From: the human T2T-CHM13v2.0 reference genome, Homo sapiens
Length of the DNA: 64,000 nucleotides
NCBI RefSeq assembly: GCF_009914755.1
Contig: NC_060928.1
Strand: one strand, 5' to 3'
The notes under the pieces are model-generated. The model ran no database searches, was not told where the DNA came from, and saw only the letters and a list, made by a program, of their open reading frames with translations. The position numbers and the translations under genes are program-made. Every line of letters starts with the position of its first letter. The first letter of the stretch is position 1. Below, piece after piece: positions 60,626 to 64,000 of this stretch.

Positions 60626-62089
60626 TGTGCTGAGAATACTGGCCCACATCCTTGGCCCTTGTGGTACCATCTCTCTCAGGATCCCCATGTACAGAATTTA
60701 CTTTATACATGGTGTAATTAATTATGTAAATACAGGTGCTAATCTGTCTGCCAGAGCACCTTCTGACACTGCCCCCAGGACTCCTCTCCAGGAGGGGTCT
60801 GACACCATGTACCAGCTACTGCTCCAGATATCAGGGCCTTGAACCACCCAACACAGCATGTTACTACATCCTTACTTATACAGTTGCCATCCCACTGCCA
60901 TTCCAGCCAGAAATCTCAGATGATGCCTGCTGCATCACACAAGCTCATGAATCCTCCCTCCTTAGATTGGATGGAATGTCATTTCTTAACGTGGCTTTTC
61001 TTCTCAGACCCATGGTGGAAAGAAATGTTTGAGTGAGGTGCCAATGGGGTTCATCCATGAATTATCAACTATTTCTTAACACACAATTTTATCTGTGGCA
61101 TAGAACAGAACTTTAGTGTTAGAGTATTTTTTCTGTGTCTCTCTATGAGTGTCCCTGGAAAATATAGGTTAACCATCTGCAAAAACTTGAGCCTTGTGGG
61201 TTGGTAAGAATTGAACCCACCACAAAACTTCTTGATGAGTAAGATTTTTTTTAAATGCCTATATCTGTCTGTTATTTGCAGCCAAAAGCATTCTAACTCA
61301 TGCAAATTTTGGCACACCACAGCATTATAAACAGCAACATCCTGGAGGCATATACTCAGAAGCACAGAGCTCTCTCTAATCAGGGAATAATGTGGGGAAA
61401 GTAATTAACGGCTGGTGATCTTCTTAGTGTGAACCTGATTCCAATGAAACCAACCTATCCCTTATATCTAAGTTTTGTCCTGTAGACATGATGACTTGTA
61501 ACTCTACATCAAGTTGTACCAGGCATCGTTGCCTCTGGATTTTCATGCCTGGGAGGAACTATAAGAGGAATTACAAAATAAGAAAGGCAAACAGTGCGTC
61601 TGCTAAAAGGCAAGGGCTTGAGGCCACCTGTGTCTCGTTATGGGTCATGACTCATTAGACCAACTGCTGTTCTCACTTGCCTCATTTTTTCCACAAGAGA
61701 ATAGAGAAATAGCATCCAGGGAGCTGCTGGAGAAAATTTTCACATGGTCTCTTCCTAGGAGAGCTCTTTCTTCCCTGGTATATTTTTATTCTTAGCTAGA
61801 TGCATCTCTAGCTAGCCCAGTACTAATTTACCCTGAAGTGATAAGGTACTCAGTGCCTCCTAAATTCTCACCATAGAAGGTAAGAAATTTGAAATCAGTG
61901 TTCTCAAAGAAATCCTTCAAACTCCAGAATCCATGCTTTGGAATATTGTTGGACCTCAGATGAGTCTTCATAGACAAAGGAAGGCAGAACTTTTTCTAAC
62001 ATGTCAATTTGAACAATTTAGCTTCAAAACCAACAAGAGACCACCAAATTGCTATTACTTAGTGCGAGGCCTAAATTCATGTGTGCAAT

Positions 62090-62280
62090 AAGAATAATTG
62101 CTACCATTTACTGAACACTTTTTATGTATGAGGCACTGTGCTAACTAAGCATTTTACTTAGGGATATCTCTTGTAAACATCACAACAATCCTTTTAGGTT
62201 GGTTTTGGTATCCCCATTTGACTAATGAAAACTCATTTTCCTGATTCAAAGAATTGGAATAGCTCAGCAAAACATGCATG
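62090..62280 (-). mobile_element. MIR
   Basis: gctaccatttactgaacact...aggcactgtgcta...tcacaacaatcc...atccccattt. Confidence 0.75.
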
Positions 62281-62374
62281 AAGCAGAACAGGAATAAATA
62301 AAACAAGAGCTCAATGACAGTGATAAATTGCAACAGACACACAGTATCATTTGGGGGAGACAACAGACACAGGC

Positions 62375-62620
62375 CTTGTCTCAGGTAAGGGTAGCGACCC
62401 CTCTTCAGTTTCAGCTTCTTTTACTGTGAGGGAACACAAGCTCAGTGAGTCCAGATCTTCAGTTTTTCAAGAGAAAGCAGAAATCCAAAATTGTATGTGA
62501 AATTAAAATCTTATTGTTAAACTTTGGCAACTATTAAAAAGATTTTCAGCTGTCTGCAGCCAAACAAAATACAGCTGTGGACCGGATTCAGCTTGGAGGC
62601 TGCCTGCTTGCAAACTCTGT
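62375..62620 (+). mobile_element. MER103C-like hAT element
   Basis: ccagatcttcagtttttcaagagaaagcagaaatcc...gccaaacaaaatac...ccggattcagc...ttgcaaactctg. Confidence 0.75.
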
Positions 62621-63719
62621 CCTCTGTCCTGCGCAATTGGGAATCACTCGGGGTTCTTTTGTTCTCTTAAAGAAACATGGCTCCTTCAACCAGAGGCCAG
62701 AGTGCTTTCAAATATCACTAATGGTTCAATAGTGTGGCTTAACCATTACCCACCCACCATCCCTTAGGAATACAGATATCTATGACTCCTGGTGACATTC
62801 ATGCATAATTTGTAAATACATTATCCTGTGAGACTTGAGGGATCCAAGCAGTACTTGAGGGGGTACACAAGAAAGAAGAAGATATGAGAGAGAAAAGGAA
62901 AAATGAGAAAGATGATAGGGGCACCCTGCTGAGGACTGCCACCTCCTAACAGTCTCTGGCCCCTGCCTGTTTTCACCATTCAGACCCCTGAAGCCCAGTG
63001 TTCAGAGCCTGGGCCCACCATCCTTCATTTCTGATTTCTCTCCTCCAAGGAGATAAGGACGAGCCAGGGCCTCTCGGTGTGTTTTACATCAAAGGCCACT
63101 GAAGGGTCTTGACAGGCTGGATGTCAGTGCTGTAAATAAACCATTAATCACTCTGCCATTTCATGGACACACTCTTCCCAGAGGGCATGAACTTTCTCCA
63201 GGGCACTAATATAAACCACATCTTTCCTGAGCCAATGGGGGAGGCAGAGTGGGGCGTCAGAGCTCAGAGAGCAGGCTCCCTCATTGACACAACCATTACT
63301 CTCCTCTTAAAACCACAGGTCCCTGTAGCTTGGAAATGGTTAATGAAAAGAGATACAGTTGAAACGGATTCAACAAATGAAGTCACAGCTTTGGGGAATG
63401 TGTACACCCCAAGGCAGCTCCTTCTATCCCTTCTAAACTCTCCACCTCTAAAGAAGGTACCAAGAGAAAGGCCACAGAGACACAACAAGATATTAATGAT
63501 TTCACCACTGACCCAAAGCAACACTCCTTTGGCAGTTCTCTATAGTCTGATTTCTAAGAATTAGAGCCCAGAAAAAAAAAGGTATAAAATGCTTTTCCAG
63601 AATAGTTCCCCTCTATGTGTGGAAGTTGGAGTCACTGGACCAATGGTCCTAACTTGGCCAAGGCTCCCTACCGTAGGCCCCATCTTTAGTACAGATGCTC
63701 CTTGAGCTTCTGCTATGGG

Positions 63720-64000
63720 GAGACACTGCTTGAGGTTCAGTAAAAAGACAGATGAGGCCTTTGCTTTCATGGCCTCTTCATTCCTGTTGGGGCAGGCAGC
63801 TGCTGAACAAACTGGATCAATTTAGATAGTGATAAACCTATAGAGAACACAAAACCAGAAGGCAGTATCAACGGTGATAGGGGAATGGCTACTTAAGTTT
63901 GAGTAGGAAGATGAAGGCATTCATTCACTCAGCAACTAAACATGGTAGCAGACACTAGGGGGTTACCCAAGAGGTAGGAGTGATGTCAATGTTTGAAGGA
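63720..64000 (-). mobile_element. L2 fragments
   Basis: tttgctttcatggcctcttcattcc; cattcattcactcagcaac. Confidence 0.55.

Overview
This is non-coding primate DNA, almost certainly human or ape: it carries AluJ and AluS elements, L1PA3, MSTA, MIR and L2. I found no protein-coding gene, tRNA, rRNA or CRISPR array. The recognisable long ORFs are L1, MaLR or Alu remnants. The centre (22.8-39.2 kb) holds two full-length, ORF-disrupted L1s facing head-to-head 3.6 kb apart. The minus-strand one is L1PA3-like and carries a short 3' transduction inside its target-site duplication (TSD). The plus-strand one is L1PA5/6-like and sits inside a complete MSTA provirus. The rest is nested old transposons, microsatellites and some unique islands. 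Those islands contain candidate minus-strand exons (48.5-54.7 kb) and clusters of developmental transcription-factor motifs. Subfamily names come from my recollection of consensus sequences, not from an alignment. I did not find a convincing new multi-gene system. The best leads are the L1 transduction, an elongated ORF0, a TSD-flanked shortened Alu and a putative spliced lncRNA.
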